Shown: piece by piece, positions 10,353 to 19,873 of the stretch | Numbering within the stretch: position 1 is the first letter of the stretch | How the letters are laid out: each line of letters starts with the position of its first letter | Program-made: the position numbers and the translations under genes | The notes under the pieces: generated by a model | What the model was told of the DNA's origin: nothing | Database searches by the model: none | Seen by the model: the letters and a program-made list of their open reading frames with translations, nothing else | DNA from: Candidatus Multivoradales bacterium | GTDB lineage: Bacteria; Acidobacteriota; Thermoanaerobaculia; Multivoradales; JAHEKO01 | DNA: 64,000 nucleotides | Assembly: GCA_965223855.1 (NCBI GenBank) | Contig: CBDCXM010000009.1 | Coordinates: forward strand, 2,176,001 to 2,240,000 | Direction: 5' to 3'

Positions 10353-11078
10353 GTGCTCGGCACCCTGGTCGCCACGCTCGCCGGCAACCTCTACCTTCTG
10401 TTCGGGACGATCTTCTTCGCGTCGTTGGCCGTGGTGGCGGGTCTCGTCGATCGTTCGGGCAACACGACGTTTCGAATCGCGCGGTGCTGGAGCGCCGGCC
10501 TGCTCGCTGCCGCCGGGCTGCGTGTGGAGACGAGTCTCGAGGAGGGGCTGCCGCATCCCGGGCCGGTCGTCTACATGGCGAATCATCAGAGTCTGTTCGA
10601 CATCCCGGCTCTGCTGGTCTCCCTTCCCGGGCAGGCGCGGATGCTGGCGAAGCGCAGTCTGTTCCGGATTCCGATCTTCGGCTGGAGCCTGCGGCTCGGC
10701 GGGTTCATCGCCATCGATCGCGACAATCGCAGCAGCGCGAAAGAGAGCTTCGACGCCGCCGTGGCGAGGCTCGCAGCAGGCACCTCGGCGCTGATCTTCC
10801 CCGAGGGGACTCGCTCCCAGGACGGACGCCTGCTGCCGTTTCAGCGTGGCGGCCTGCTGCTGGCACTCAAGAGCGGCCTGCCGATCGTGCCGGTGGGAAT
10901 CCGCGGCACCCTCGAGGCACAGCCGGCCAGGAGCTTCGTCATCCGGCCCGGGAAGGTCGAGGTCGCCTACGGCCAACCGATCCCGACCGCCGGCCTGGGG
11001 GTGAGCGGTCGACGGGAGCTGGCCGCCACGATTCAGGGCGAGGTCGCTCGCCTGGCGCGCACCGAAGTCGCGCAGTAG
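10353..11078 (+). CDS. plsC: 1-acyl-sn-glycerol-3-phosphate acyltransferase (lysophospholipid acyltransferase)
   Basis: NHQSLFD, FIAIDR, IFPEGTRS, LPIVPV. Start uncertain (10308, 10335 or 10353). Confidence 0.88.
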   Translation: MLGTLVATLAGNLYLLFGTIFFASLAVVAGLVDRSGNTTFRIARCWSAGLLAAAGLRVETSLEEGLPHPGPVVYMANHQSLFDIPALLVSLPGQARMLAKRSLFRIPIFGWSLRLGGFIAIDRDNRSSAKESFDAAVARLAAGTSALIFPEGTRSQDGRLLPFQRGGLLLALKSGLPIVPVGIRGTLEAQPARSFVIRPGKVEVAYGQPIPTAGLGVSGRRELAATIQGEVARLARTEVAQ

Positions 11079-11169
11079 GATCGGCGCTCGCCGGCGGTCC
11101 CGTCCGCGGACGGCCGGCGCTTCCCGCACGAAGGCCCACCTGCCGCCGAGAGGCCGCGTCCGGTCGGCT

Positions 11170-11352
11170 TAGCCCGAACTTCTCACACCACTGCACCCTG
11201 ACAGATCGTATGTCACTGAATCCACTGCGTTTTCCGGCCCCTGCGCACCTCGACGTAGCTACGGCTATGTCTCCGGTGCTCGCGTCCGGAAGCCTCGTAT
11301 CTCCAGCAACCTACGACCCGACAGGGCACACCGACGTGAGAAGTTCAGGCTA
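11170..11352. repeat. 183-bp TA-flanked long imperfect palindrome (MITE-like element or structured ncRNA)
   Basis: 11170-11220 pairs gaplessly with 11352-11302: 37 Watson-Crick pairs, 11 A-C (G-U on the minus strand) and 3 other mismatches. Inner stems TTCCGG/CCGGAA, GCACC/GGTGC and GACGTAGC-TACG-GCTATGTC. Confidence 0.8.
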
Positions 11353-11382
11353 TCTGTTACCGCCAACCCGAAGAGGATTCTG

Positions 11383-12459
11383 ATGGCCAACGAACTCGAG
11401 AACAAAGTCTGGGACCTGCTGCGCGAGGTCAAGTTCCCCGGCATGAGCCGCGACATCGTGTCGTTCGGTTTCGTCGACCGGGTGGCCGCTGTCGGCGACG
11501 ACGTGGTGGTCGATCTCGTCATCACCACGCAGAGCCGTCCGTCCGCGGAGGCGGTGCAGGACGAAGTGAGACGCCGGCTCGAGCAGGAGATCTCCGGGGC
11601 CGCCGTGCGCGTCGGTCTGGAGGTCCGGGCTCCGCAATCGGCGCCTCAGCAGGCGGTGTCGCAGGATCCCGACTTCCTCCCCGGCGTCGAGCACGTCGTC
11701 GCGGTGGCGAGCGGCAAGGGGGGGGTCGGGAAGTCGACCGTTTCGGCGAACCTCGCCGCGCGGCTGGCGCAGATGGGCAAACGTGTAGGGCTTCTCGACG
11801 CCGACATCTACGGCCCCTCCATGCCGATGATGTTCGGCATCGACGAGAAGCCACTGGTGCACGGCAACCGGCTGCAACCGTTCGATCGGCACGGCGTCCG
11901 GGTGATGTCGCTCGGCTTCATCCTCGACGTCGACACACCGGTCATCTGGCGCGGACCGATGGTGATGAAGGCGATCGAGCAGCTCCTGGGGGACGTCGAC
12001 TGGGGCGAGCTCGACTACATGATTGTCGATCTTCCGCCAGGCACGGGCGACGCCCAGCTCACCATCAGTCAGCGGGTGCCGCTGTCCGGGGCGGTGATCG
12101 TATCGACGCCGCAGGACATCGCCCTGATCGACGCCCGCAAGGGTCTGGCGATGTTCCGCAAAGTCAACGTTCCGGTGCTCGGGGTGGTCGAGAACATGTC
12201 CGGATTCGCCTGTCCGCACTGCGGCGAGACGACCAACATCTTCAAGACCGGCGGCGCGGCTCGTACCGCCGAGGTGCTCGGCTGCCCGTTCCTCGGCAGC
12301 ATCCCGCTCGATCCGGCGATCGTCGAAGGGGGCGACGCCGGCAGCCCGATCGTCGTGCTCCAGCCGGAAGGGGTACACGCCGACGCCTTCGGCGCCGTCG
12401 CCGAGGGTGTGATGCGTGAGGTCGCCGGGCAGGAGCGGCCTCAACTGACGATTTCGTGA
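11383..12459 (+). CDS. mrp: Mrp/NBP35 (ApbC) Fe-S cluster carrier ATPase
   Basis: ASGKGGVGKST, DADIYGPS, WRGPM, DLPPGTGD, ENMS..CPHC. Confidence 0.93.
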   Translation: MANELENKVWDLLREVKFPGMSRDIVSFGFVDRVAAVGDDVVVDLVITTQSRPSAEAVQDEVRRRLEQEISGAAVRVGLEVRAPQSAPQQAVSQDPDFLPGVEHVVAVASGKGGVGKSTVSANLAARLAQMGKRVGLLDADIYGPSMPMMFGIDEKPLVHGNRLQPFDRHGVRVMSLGFILDVDTPVIWRGPMVMKAIEQLLGDVDWGELDYMIVDLPPGTGDAQLTISQRVPLSGAVIVSTPQDIALIDARKGLAMFRKVNVPVLGVVENMSGFACPHCGETTNIFKTGGAARTAEVLGCPFLGSIPLDPAIVEGGDAGSPIVVLQPEGVHADAFGAVAEGVMREVAGQERPQLTIS

Positions 12460-13139
12460 ACGATTCGGGTATCGCCCTGCTGGCCGACGCCCATCTCGGC
12501 GGCCCGGGCGGAGCGGCGCAGCCGCTGGTCGAACAGATCGACGCACTCGCCGACGCCGGCTGCCGGAGGCTGGTACTGCTGGGCGATCTCTTCCAGGTGT
12601 GGGTCGCCCATCCCGCCTACGAGACCGACGACGTGCGCCGCCTTCTGGCCGCCATCGATCGCCTGCGCGAGTCGGGCGTGCGGGTCGACTACATCGAGGG
12701 CAATCGCGACTTCTTCGTCGCGCGCTCCGGCTACGCTTCCCACTTCGACTCGGTCGGGACCGAGATCTCGTTCGAGGCGGGTGACAGGAGCTACCTCGTG
12801 GTGCACGGCGACGGGCTCAACGACCGCGACCGGCAGTACCTGTTCTGGCGCTGGCTGTCGAAGAGCGCTCCGGTGCGCTGGATGATGTTCCATCTGCCGC
12901 GGGCACTGGCACGGCGGTTGGTCCACCGCACCGAGGAGCGGCTCGCCGACACCAACTTCAAGCACAAGCAGAGGATCCCCGAGGAGGCGATCTGCCGCTA
13001 CGCCGAGCGACGCTTCCGGGAGGGGCACGATCGGTTGCTCCTGGGCCACTTTCACGAGCCGCGCCGCTGGGACGTGGACGGCGGCGTCGTGAGGCTGCTC
13101 GACGCCTGGTTCCGTTCGCGGGAGATCGAGTGGCTGTGA
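12456..13139 (+). CDS. lpxH: UDP-2,3-diacylglucosamine diphosphatase-like metallophosphoesterase
   Basis: ADAHL, LGDLF, GNRD, HGD, GHFH. Confidence 0.8.
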   Translation: MNDSGIALLADAHLGGPGGAAQPLVEQIDALADAGCRRLVLLGDLFQVWVAHPAYETDDVRRLLAAIDRLRESGVRVDYIEGNRDFFVARSGYASHFDSVGTEISFEAGDRSYLVVHGDGLNDRDRQYLFWRWLSKSAPVRWMMFHLPRALARRLVHRTEERLADTNFKHKQRIPEEAICRYAERRFREGHDRLLLGHFHEPRRWDVDGGVVRLLDAWFRSREIEWL

Positions 13140-13903
13140 GTCTCCGAGTCACGCTTCTCGGCACCGGCACTTCGAGCGGCATCCCGGTCATCGGCTGTCG
13201 GTGCGACGTCTGCACCTCCGACGACCCTCGCAACAGCCGCTTCCGTGCGGCGGCGAAGCTCGAGTACGACGACCGTGTGGTGCTCATCGACACGCCGCCA
13301 GACCTGAGACAGCAGGCGTTGCGGTTCGGACTCCCGCGTCTCGACGCGGTGCTCTTCACCCACGAGCATGCCGATCACGTCTTCGGCCTCGACGACATCC
13401 GGATCTTCAACTTCCGCCAACGTCAGTCGATCCCATGCTTCGGCTCCGAGCAGACGCTGGCGGCGTTGCGGAGGATCTTCTCCTACGCCTTCGAGGACGG
13501 GCAGGAGGGCGGCGGCAAGCCGCGGCTCGAGCTCGAGGCGGTGTCGACGCCGTTCGATCTGCACGGCCTCGAGATCGTGCCGGTTCCGGTGCTTCACGGT
13601 GCCCTGCCGGTCTACGGCTACCGGGTCGGTGGCTTCGCCTACCTGACGGACTGCAGCGAGATCCCGGAGCAGAGCTTCGAGCTCCTCGCGGGGCTCGAGG
13701 TCCTCGTTCTCGATGCTCTGCGCTACACCAGGCATCCGACCCACTTCAGCGTCGCCGAGGCGCTCGAGGTCGCGGCCCGCATCGGGGCCGCCAGGACCTA
13801 CCTGACCCACATGGCGCATGAGGTCGATCACTCGGCACCCGAGATCGATCTGCCCGCCGGAGTGGAGTTCGGCTATGACGGTCTGGTCGTCGATCTCGGC
13901 TGA
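13136..13903 (+). CDS. MBL-fold metallo-hydrolase (PhnP-like)
   Basis: LGTGTSSGIPVIGCRCDVC, DTPPDLRQQ, THEHADH, THMAH. Confidence 0.9.
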   Translation: MSLRVTLLGTGTSSGIPVIGCRCDVCTSDDPRNSRFRAAAKLEYDDRVVLIDTPPDLRQQALRFGLPRLDAVLFTHEHADHVFGLDDIRIFNFRQRQSIPCFGSEQTLAALRRIFSYAFEDGQEGGGKPRLELEAVSTPFDLHGLEIVPVPVLHGALPVYGYRVGGFAYLTDCSEIPEQSFELLAGLEVLVLDALRYTRHPTHFSVAEALEVAARIGAARTYLTHMAHEVDHSAPEIDLPAGVEFGYDGLVVDLG

Positions 13904-15215
13904 TCCGGCGGCAGGCCGGGAGCGGCTCGAGATCCCGTCGGGCGGACGGGTCGAAGGCTCTCTCAGACCGCCACCGTCCAAGAGCCTGACGCAGCGCGCC
14001 TACAACCTGGCGCTGCTCGCCGGCGGACGCTCCATCATTCGCAGGCCGCTCGATTCGGAGGACTGTGCGGCGTTTCTGGCGGGCGTCCGTACGGCCGGTG
14101 CCGGCGTCGTCGTGAATGGCGACGAAGTCGCGATCGAAGCGCCGCGCGCGGTCGACGAAGGCCGGGCTGGCACCCGCGAGACGACGATCGACTGCGGCGC
14201 GTCCGGCACGATGATGCGCCTGCTGACCGCCGCCCTGACGGTGCTCCCGGGCCGCTGGCGGGTGACAGGGGCGCCGCGTCTCCTCGAACGGCCCCAGGCG
14301 GAGCTGCTGGAGGCGTTGACGTCACTGGGAGCGCGGGTCGAGAGGGCCGACGGTTCGCGGCACGGCCCGGTCGTCATCGAGGGGGGGACGCTCACGGGCG
14401 GCCACACCCGAATCTCGGCGCGACGCTCGAGCCAGTTCGTCTCGGCGTTGCTGATGGCGGGAGCGGCCACGGACGAGGGGCTCGAACTCACCGTCGAGGG
14501 GCTGACCTCGGCCCCCTACGTCGAACTGACCCTGGAGATGCTGGGGCGCTTCGGTGTCGAAGCCGGAAGGACCGCCACCGGCTTCGTCGTCGCGCCGCAG
14601 CGGCCGCGCGGCTCGACGATCGAGATCGAAGCAGATGCCTCCGCCGCCTGCTACGTCGCCGCGGCCGCTGCCCTCACGGGCGGCACGGTCCGCGTCGTCG
14701 GGCTGCGAGCCGGCTCCCGGCAGGGCGATATAGACTTCTTTCATCTATTGGAACGCATGGGAGCCCGTGTGCATTGGGCCGGGAGTGAGGTGTCGGTCTC
14801 GGGAGCAGTTCTCGGAGCGATCGACGCAGATCTGTCGGCGATGCCCGATCAGGTACCGACGTTGGCGGCGCTCGCACCGTTTGCCCGGGGCCGGACGGTG
14901 ATTCGCGGAGTCCCGCACCTGCGCTGGAAGGAGAGCGATCGTCTCGCCGCGATGGCCGGTGAGCTTCGTCGCCTCGGTGCCCCGGTCGAGGAGAGAACCG
15001 ACGGACTTGCCATCGACGGCTGCTGGGCGATGGACGAAGGGGCGGAGCCGCCCACCGAGAGCGTTCTCGTCGAGACGCATGACGACCACCGGATCGCCAT
15101 GAGCCTCGCCGTCGTCGGGTTGCGCCGGACCGGACTGGTCCTCGACCGACCGGCGGTCGTGGCGAAGTCATACCCGGGCTTCTGGCGCGACCTCGCTTCG
15201 GTGGTCGTCCTTTGA
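13875..15215 (+). CDS. aroA: 3-phosphoshikimate 1-carboxyvinyltransferase (EPSP synthase)
   Basis: PPSKSLTQR, GASGTMMR, SSQFVSALL, KESDRL, DDHRIAM, VAKSYPGFW. Confidence 0.92.
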   Translation: MTVWSSISADPAAGRERLEIPSGGRVEGSLRPPPSKSLTQRAYNLALLAGGRSIIRRPLDSEDCAAFLAGVRTAGAGVVVNGDEVAIEAPRAVDEGRAGTRETTIDCGASGTMMRLLTAALTVLPGRWRVTGAPRLLERPQAELLEALTSLGARVERADGSRHGPVVIEGGTLTGGHTRISARRSSQFVSALLMAGAATDEGLELTVEGLTSAPYVELTLEMLGRFGVEAGRTATGFVVAPQRPRGSTIEIEADASAACYVAAAAALTGGTVRVVGLRAGSRQGDIDFFHLLERMGARVHWAGSEVSVSGAVLGAIDADLSAMPDQVPTLAALAPFARGRTVIRGVPHLRWKESDRLAAMAGELRRLGAPVEERTDGLAIDGCWAMDEGAEPPTESVLVETHDDHRIAMSLAVVGLRRTGLVLDRPAVVAKSYPGFWRDLASVVVL

Positions 15216-18200
15216 ACGCCGCCTCTCGGACGCTGCTGCATCCGGCGCTGGCGCCCGCCGAGGGTGCAGCGCCGGGCAAGGCGGACCTCACCGATCGCAA
15301 GCGCCTCGGGGTGCTCCTGCAGGGTGTGGCGCTGATGGCTCACGCGGAGACGGCGGGTCTGTGGATTGCGGCTCCATGGTCGATGGCGCGCCTGACTGCA
15401 GCGGGCCGGCTGGCAGGAGTGCCGGTCTCCCCTGGCACCGACGTCGACCTCCCTCAACGCCGCGCGAGCGAACTTCTTCTGGAGGTCTTCGCCGCCGATC
15501 GTTCGGTGGCCGGTCGCGGCGAGGCGAGGAGCGTTGCGCGGCGTCTGCTCGAACTGTGGGAGCAGGACGTCGAACCGGTGGCGCCGTCACGCCTCGTCGA
15601 GCAGCTACTCGCGGCGTCGCCGTTCTTGTGGGACGACGAGTTCGCCGAGGATCGAACCGCCCTCGCCGCGGTGATCGACGGCGAGCTGTTCGTCGCCGGC
15701 CCGGGTGGTGCCAGGCGCCGGCTCCTCGAGGGTGCTCCCGACCTCGAGGCGGTTCAGTCGCGACTCGCCGGCACGGAGGCGCGAGCGCTGTGGGTCGGCA
15801 CCGATCGGCGCTCGCCGGTGGCGTGGGTCGAGGAAGGTCGCTGGTACCGCGCGCTCCTCGCCTGGGATCGGCGACCTCCGGAGAACGCCGCCCAGCGGTT
15901 TCATCATGCCCGCGCTCTCTATGCCGTGGGGCGTTTCGAGAGTGCGAAGCGCGAGCTGAAAGGGCTGCGTTCGATCGCGGCGAGGGTGTTGCGCCTCGGT
16001 TGCCAGTCGCGGCTGGGCGAACTCGAAGCGGTCAAGCGGGCTCTCGCTCGCTGGGCGGAGGCTCTGCCGGAGGGTGAGCCGAGGGTCGATCTGGTGGCGA
16101 TCGCGATCCGTCTCCATGCCAACCTCGGTGAAGCGGAGAAGGCGGCCGGCTGGATCGAGCCGGCTCTTCGCACGATCCGCGGTCGCTGGCGGCAGCGTCT
16201 CCGGTTGCTGGCTGCGGAGTGGTGCTGGGACCGGGGCGACGCCCGGGGCATGGAGTGCTACCTCGCGGAGTTCGACGGCGGGGAGATCGACGACGATCTG
16301 CGTTGGCGCCGCCACCACGTCGGAGCCCTGGCGGCGCTTCAGCAGGGGGAGGGCAGACGGGCTGTGCGCCGTCTCGAGTCGGCCCTTGCGATGCGTCGGG
16401 CCCTGCGGCCGTTCGAGGCCGCCGGGATCTGGAACGACCTCGCTCTGGCGCGCGCCCAGACCGGCGATCTCGGTGGCGCGCAGCGGGCGCTCTCTCACGT
16501 CGTGCGTCTGAGCGGCTATGCCCGCGGTAGCCGCCGCACGACCCTGGCGCTGTGCAACCTCGCCGAGGTGCGCCTGCGTCGCGGACAGGTCGCCGGGGGC
16601 CGCGAGATCGCACTTCGTTCGCTGTCGACCAACGAACGCACCGGCAACTGGCGAGCCTGGACCGAGGATCGCGCGCTGCTGGCGCGCTTCGAGCTGGTTC
16701 AGGGAAGGCCGGGGCGGGCGGTCGAGTGGATCGAGGAGACCCGCGAGCGCCTGGAGGAGGTGGGCGCTCCGGCCGAGGCGGCGTCGCTGGCGGTGCTCGA
16801 GGCGCGCGCACGGGGCTGGCTCGGTGAGCCGGAGGAGGCCGCGGCCGCCCTCGATGGCTGGCTCGAGGCCGTGGCGGAAGTCCTCGAACCGGAGGAGCTG
16901 CCGGCGCTGCTCGCGCTCGCCGGTCGGGTCGAAGAAGCGAAGGAGGCCGCGCAGCGCACCGACCAGGGTCTGTGGAGCAGCCTGCTGGCAGCCGAAGGCA
17001 CCTCCTGTGACTGGAGCCGGCTGGAGGATCTCGAGCCGTACCGCGCCGCCCGTCTGCTTTTCGACGTCCACCGCCTCGGGCTCGAACCACCGCCAGCGGC
17101 GGCAGCGGCACGGGCAGCTCGGGTCCTCGAACAGGTCGGAGCGGTCGCCTGGGCGGCAGAACTCCTCGGCCGGGACGAAGCCGCCCTCGAGGCGACGACC
17201 CGTTACCTCGAGTCCTCCGGGCCGTGGCAGGAGCGTCTGGGCGCGCTGGCGGAGGTGCTCGCTCCCGATGCCCGGGTCTCCTGGCGGGATGATGAGCGGG
17301 AGATCGTCCTCGTGGACGGGCCGGGAGGAGGCCAGGTGCTCGAGGAGTCGTGTCATGGCGGCCGCGCCCGCGTCGCCTCGCCATGGGCCGGAGTCGCCGA
17401 GCGGCTGCTCGTCGCCGTCACGGCGCGCGATCTGCCGCAGAACCTGGTCGCCGCTCCCCGCCGCGACGCCGGTCGCAGTCGTCATCGCAGCGCGATCCTC
17501 GGCACGAGCACCGTCCTGACGGCGGCCCTGGAGCGACTCGACCTGCTGGCCGGGCGCGAGCTTCCGGTGCTGATTCTCGGCGAGACCGGGACCGGCAAGG
17601 AACTCGCTGCCCGCCGCCTCCACGGTGCGTCGAGCCGCTCCTCGGGGCCGTTCGTTGCGGTCAACTGCGCCGAGCTCTCCGAGAACCTCCTCGTGTCGGA
17701 GCTCTTCGGCCATGTGCGCGGCGCCTTCACCGGTGCCGATCGCGATCGCGCGGGGATCTTCGAGACCGCCGCCGGCGGGGTGGTGTTCCTCGACGAGATC
17801 GGCGACCTGCCGCTGACGGCGCAGGGCAAGTTGCTGCGGGTACTCCAGGAGCGGGAGGTGCGGCGGGTGGGAGAGAGCGCGGCGCGGCCCGTGGACACCA
17901 GAGTCGTGGCCGCCACCCATCGCGACCTCGAGCGGCGGGTGGCGGAAAGGACGTTCCGCCAGGATCTGTGGTTTCGGCTCGGCGCCGGTGTCGTCACGCT
18001 TCCTCCGTTGAGAGAGCGTGGCGAGGATCTGTTCATCCTGGCGGAACACTTCCTCGCCGAGGAGACGGTCGCCGGCGGCCTGACCGCTGAGGCGCGTCGG
18101 GCGCTCGGTGCCCACAACTGGCCGGGGAACGTCCGCGAGCTTCGCAACGTGCTGGCGGTTGCAGCGGCGCTTTCCCGCGGTGAAACGATCGAGGTGGAGC

Positions 18201-18397
18201 ATCTGGGTCTGGCTCCTGCGCCGGCGACCCCCGGTGGCGGGTACCATGAGCAGGTCGAGGCGCTGCGGCGCCGGCTGGTTCGCGAGGCGCTCCAGAGGGC
18301 GTCCGGGAATCAGGCGGCGGCGGCTCGCGATCTCGGGTTGAGCCGCCAGGCGATGTCCTATCTGGTGCGCCAGCTCGACATCGCACCGGAGTCGTGA
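15212..18397 (+). CDS. Sigma-54 enhancer-binding protein with large TPR-like N-terminal region and Fis-type HTH
   Basis: GETGTGKE, VNCA, GAFTGA, FLDEIG, WPGNVREL, C-terminal GNQAAAARDLGLSR; TPR-like helices in the N-terminal ~740 aa. Confidence 0.88.
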   Translation: MNAASRTLLHPALAPAEGAAPGKADLTDRKRLGVLLQGVALMAHAETAGLWIAAPWSMARLTAAGRLAGVPVSPGTDVDLPQRRASELLLEVFAADRSVAGRGEARSVARRLLELWEQDVEPVAPSRLVEQLLAASPFLWDDEFAEDRTALAAVIDGELFVAGPGGARRRLLEGAPDLEAVQSRLAGTEARALWVGTDRRSPVAWVEEGRWYRALLAWDRRPPENAAQRFHHARALYAVGRFESAKRELKGLRSIAARVLRLGCQSRLGELEAVKRALARWAEALPEGEPRVDLVAIAIRLHANLGEAEKAAGWIEPALRTIRGRWRQRLRLLAAEWCWDRGDARGMECYLAEFDGGEIDDDLRWRRHHVGALAALQQGEGRRAVRRLESALAMRRALRPFEAAGIWNDLALARAQTGDLGGAQRALSHVVRLSGYARGSRRTTLALCNLAEVRLRRGQVAGGREIALRSLSTNERTGNWRAWTEDRALLARFELVQGRPGRAVEWIEETRERLEEVGAPAEAASLAVLEARARGWLGEPEEAAAALDGWLEAVAEVLEPEELPALLALAGRVEEAKEAAQRTDQGLWSSLLAAEGTSCDWSRLEDLEPYRAARLLFDVHRLGLEPPPAAAAARAARVLEQVGAVAWAAELLGRDEAALEATTRYLESSGPWQERLGALAEVLAPDARVSWRDDEREIVLVDGPGGGQVLEESCHGGRARVASPWAGVAERLLVAVTARDLPQNLVAAPRRDAGRSRHRSAILGTSTVLTAALERLDLLAGRELPVLILGETGTGKELAARRLHGASSRSSGPFVAVNCAELSENLLVSELFGHVRGAFTGADRDRAGIFETAAGGVVFLDEIGDLPLTAQGKLLRVLQEREVRRVGESAARPVDTRVVAATHRDLERRVAERTFRQDLWFRLGAGVVTLPPLRERGEDLFILAEHFLAEETVAGGLTAEARRALGAHNWPGNVRELRNVLAVAAALSRGETIEVEHLGLAPAPATPGGGYHEQVEALRRRLVREALQRASGNQAAAARDLGLSRQAMSYLVRQLDIAPES

Positions 18398-18460
18398 AGA
18401 CGTCCCAGCCGCGCTGAGCTCCGACACCGCACCGACCCCCCCAGAAGGCAACCGCCTCCG

Positions 18461-19381
18461 ATGCTGCGCTACGCGATCGCCCGCCTTGCCCAGACCGCAC
18501 CGCTGGCGCTCGTCGTCTGCGCCCTCGTCTTCTCGTTGCTGCACCTGATCCCGGGTGACCCGGTCGAGATCATGCTCGGCGACGGGGCGCGGCCGGCCCA
18601 GGTCGAGGCTCTCCGCGCCGAGCTCGGCCTCGACCGCCCGTTCTACGTGCAGTTCGTGGACTACTTCGCCGGGCTCCTGCGGCTCGATCTGGGTGAGTCA
18701 CTCAGGTTCCGGCGTCCGGTGACGACGCTGCTGCTGGAGCACTATCCGGCTACGCTCGCCCTCGCCGCTGCCAGCATGGTCGCGGCGTTGCTGCTGGCCG
18801 TCCCGCTGGGGATCGTGGCGGCCCTCAGGAGAGGGCGGGCGATCGATCACGCCTCGCGGATCGCGGCGCTCATGGGGGTGTCGATCCCGAACTTCTGGCT
18901 CGGTCCGATGCTCATCTGGTGGTTCGCCATCCAGCTCGACTGGTTGCCGGTCTCGGGGCGCGGCGACTGGCGCCATCTGGTGCTTCCGGCGATCACGCTC
19001 GGGACGGCACTCGCCGGCCTGCTGACCCGCATGGTGCGCTCGTCGCTGGCGCAGGAGCTTACGGCTCCCTATCTGGTCGCCGCCCGGGCGAAGGGGCTGA
19101 GCCGCTCCGCGGCGGTGGCACGACACGGTCTGCGCAATGCGGCGATACCGGTCGTCACTGTCGTCGGACTCCAGTTCGGCGCGCTGCTGACCGGTGCGAT
19201 CATCACCGAAACGATCTTCTCCTGGCCCGGCCTCGGGCGCCTGATCGTGCAGGCGATCCAGGCGCGCGACTATCCCCTGGTGCAGGGGGGCGTCCTCGCG
19301 ATCGCCCTGAGCTATCTGCTGATCAACCTGCTGACCGACCTGACCTACGCGGTGCTCGATGCGCGAATCAGGCTGCGATGA
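18461..19381 (+). CDS. Peptide/nickel ABC transporter permease (DppB/NikB family)
   Basis: PGDPV, LGLDRP, GVSIPNFWLG, ARAKGL, ETIFSWPGLG, RDYPLVQ. Confidence 0.92.
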   Translation: MLRYAIARLAQTAPLALVVCALVFSLLHLIPGDPVEIMLGDGARPAQVEALRAELGLDRPFYVQFVDYFAGLLRLDLGESLRFRRPVTTLLLEHYPATLALAAASMVAALLLAVPLGIVAALRRGRAIDHASRIAALMGVSIPNFWLGPMLIWWFAIQLDWLPVSGRGDWRHLVLPAITLGTALAGLLTRMVRSSLAQELTAPYLVAARAKGLSRSAAVARHGLRNAAIPVVTVVGLQFGALLTGAIITETIFSWPGLGRLIVQAIQARDYPLVQGGVLAIALSYLLINLLTDLTYAVLDARIRLR

Positions 19382-19847
19382 CCGCCGGAGCGAAGCGCGC
19401 CACCAGCGCCTCGAGGCGGCGCACGTCGGTTTCGTCGAAGGCCGCCGGCTGATGAGAATCGACGTCGAGTACGGCTACGACCGCCCCCTGTCCGTCGCGG
19501 ATCGGCACCACGACCTCCGAGCGCGCTGCCGCGTCGCAAGCTATATGCCCGGGAAAGGCGTGCACGTCGGGTACGAGCTGGCTTTTGCCGCTGGTGGCGG
19601 CAGCGCCGCAGACGCCTCGCTCGAACGGGATGTCGACGCAGGCCACCGGGCCCTGGAACGGCCCGACTCTCAGCAGCTCCGGCGCGACGACACGGTAGAA
19701 GCCGGTCCAGCTCGCGTAGGGGAGCGCCGCGTGAATCGCTGCGGCCACGTTGGCCATCGTCGCCACTGGATCTCCCGGCCCGGTCAGCAGGCCCTCGATC
19801 TCGAGCGCCAGAGTGTCGTAGAGCGAGTCCTTTTCCTCCGGGCTCAT
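19368..19847 (-). CDS. msrC: GAF-domain protein, free methionine-(R)-sulfoxide reductase (MsrC/YebR) family
   Basis: WTGFY, GPFQGPVAC, GVCGAAA, VPDVHAFPGHIACD, SEVVVP, VLDVDS. Confidence 0.85.
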   Translation of the reverse strand: MSPEEKDSLYDTLALEIEGLLTGPGDPVATMANVAAAIHAALPYASWTGFYRVVAPELLRVGPFQGPVACVDIPFERGVCGAAATSGKSQLVPDVHAFPGHIACDAAARSEVVVPIRDGQGAVVAVLDVDSHQPAAFDETDVRRLEALVARFAPAVIAA

Positions 19848-19873
19848 GCGCCGATTCTAGTGCGAGCGCGAGG

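Noticed and set aside
14720-14900. Locally AT-richer stretch in aroA
   Set aside because: Short, in frame, and without insertion boundaries; within plausible noise
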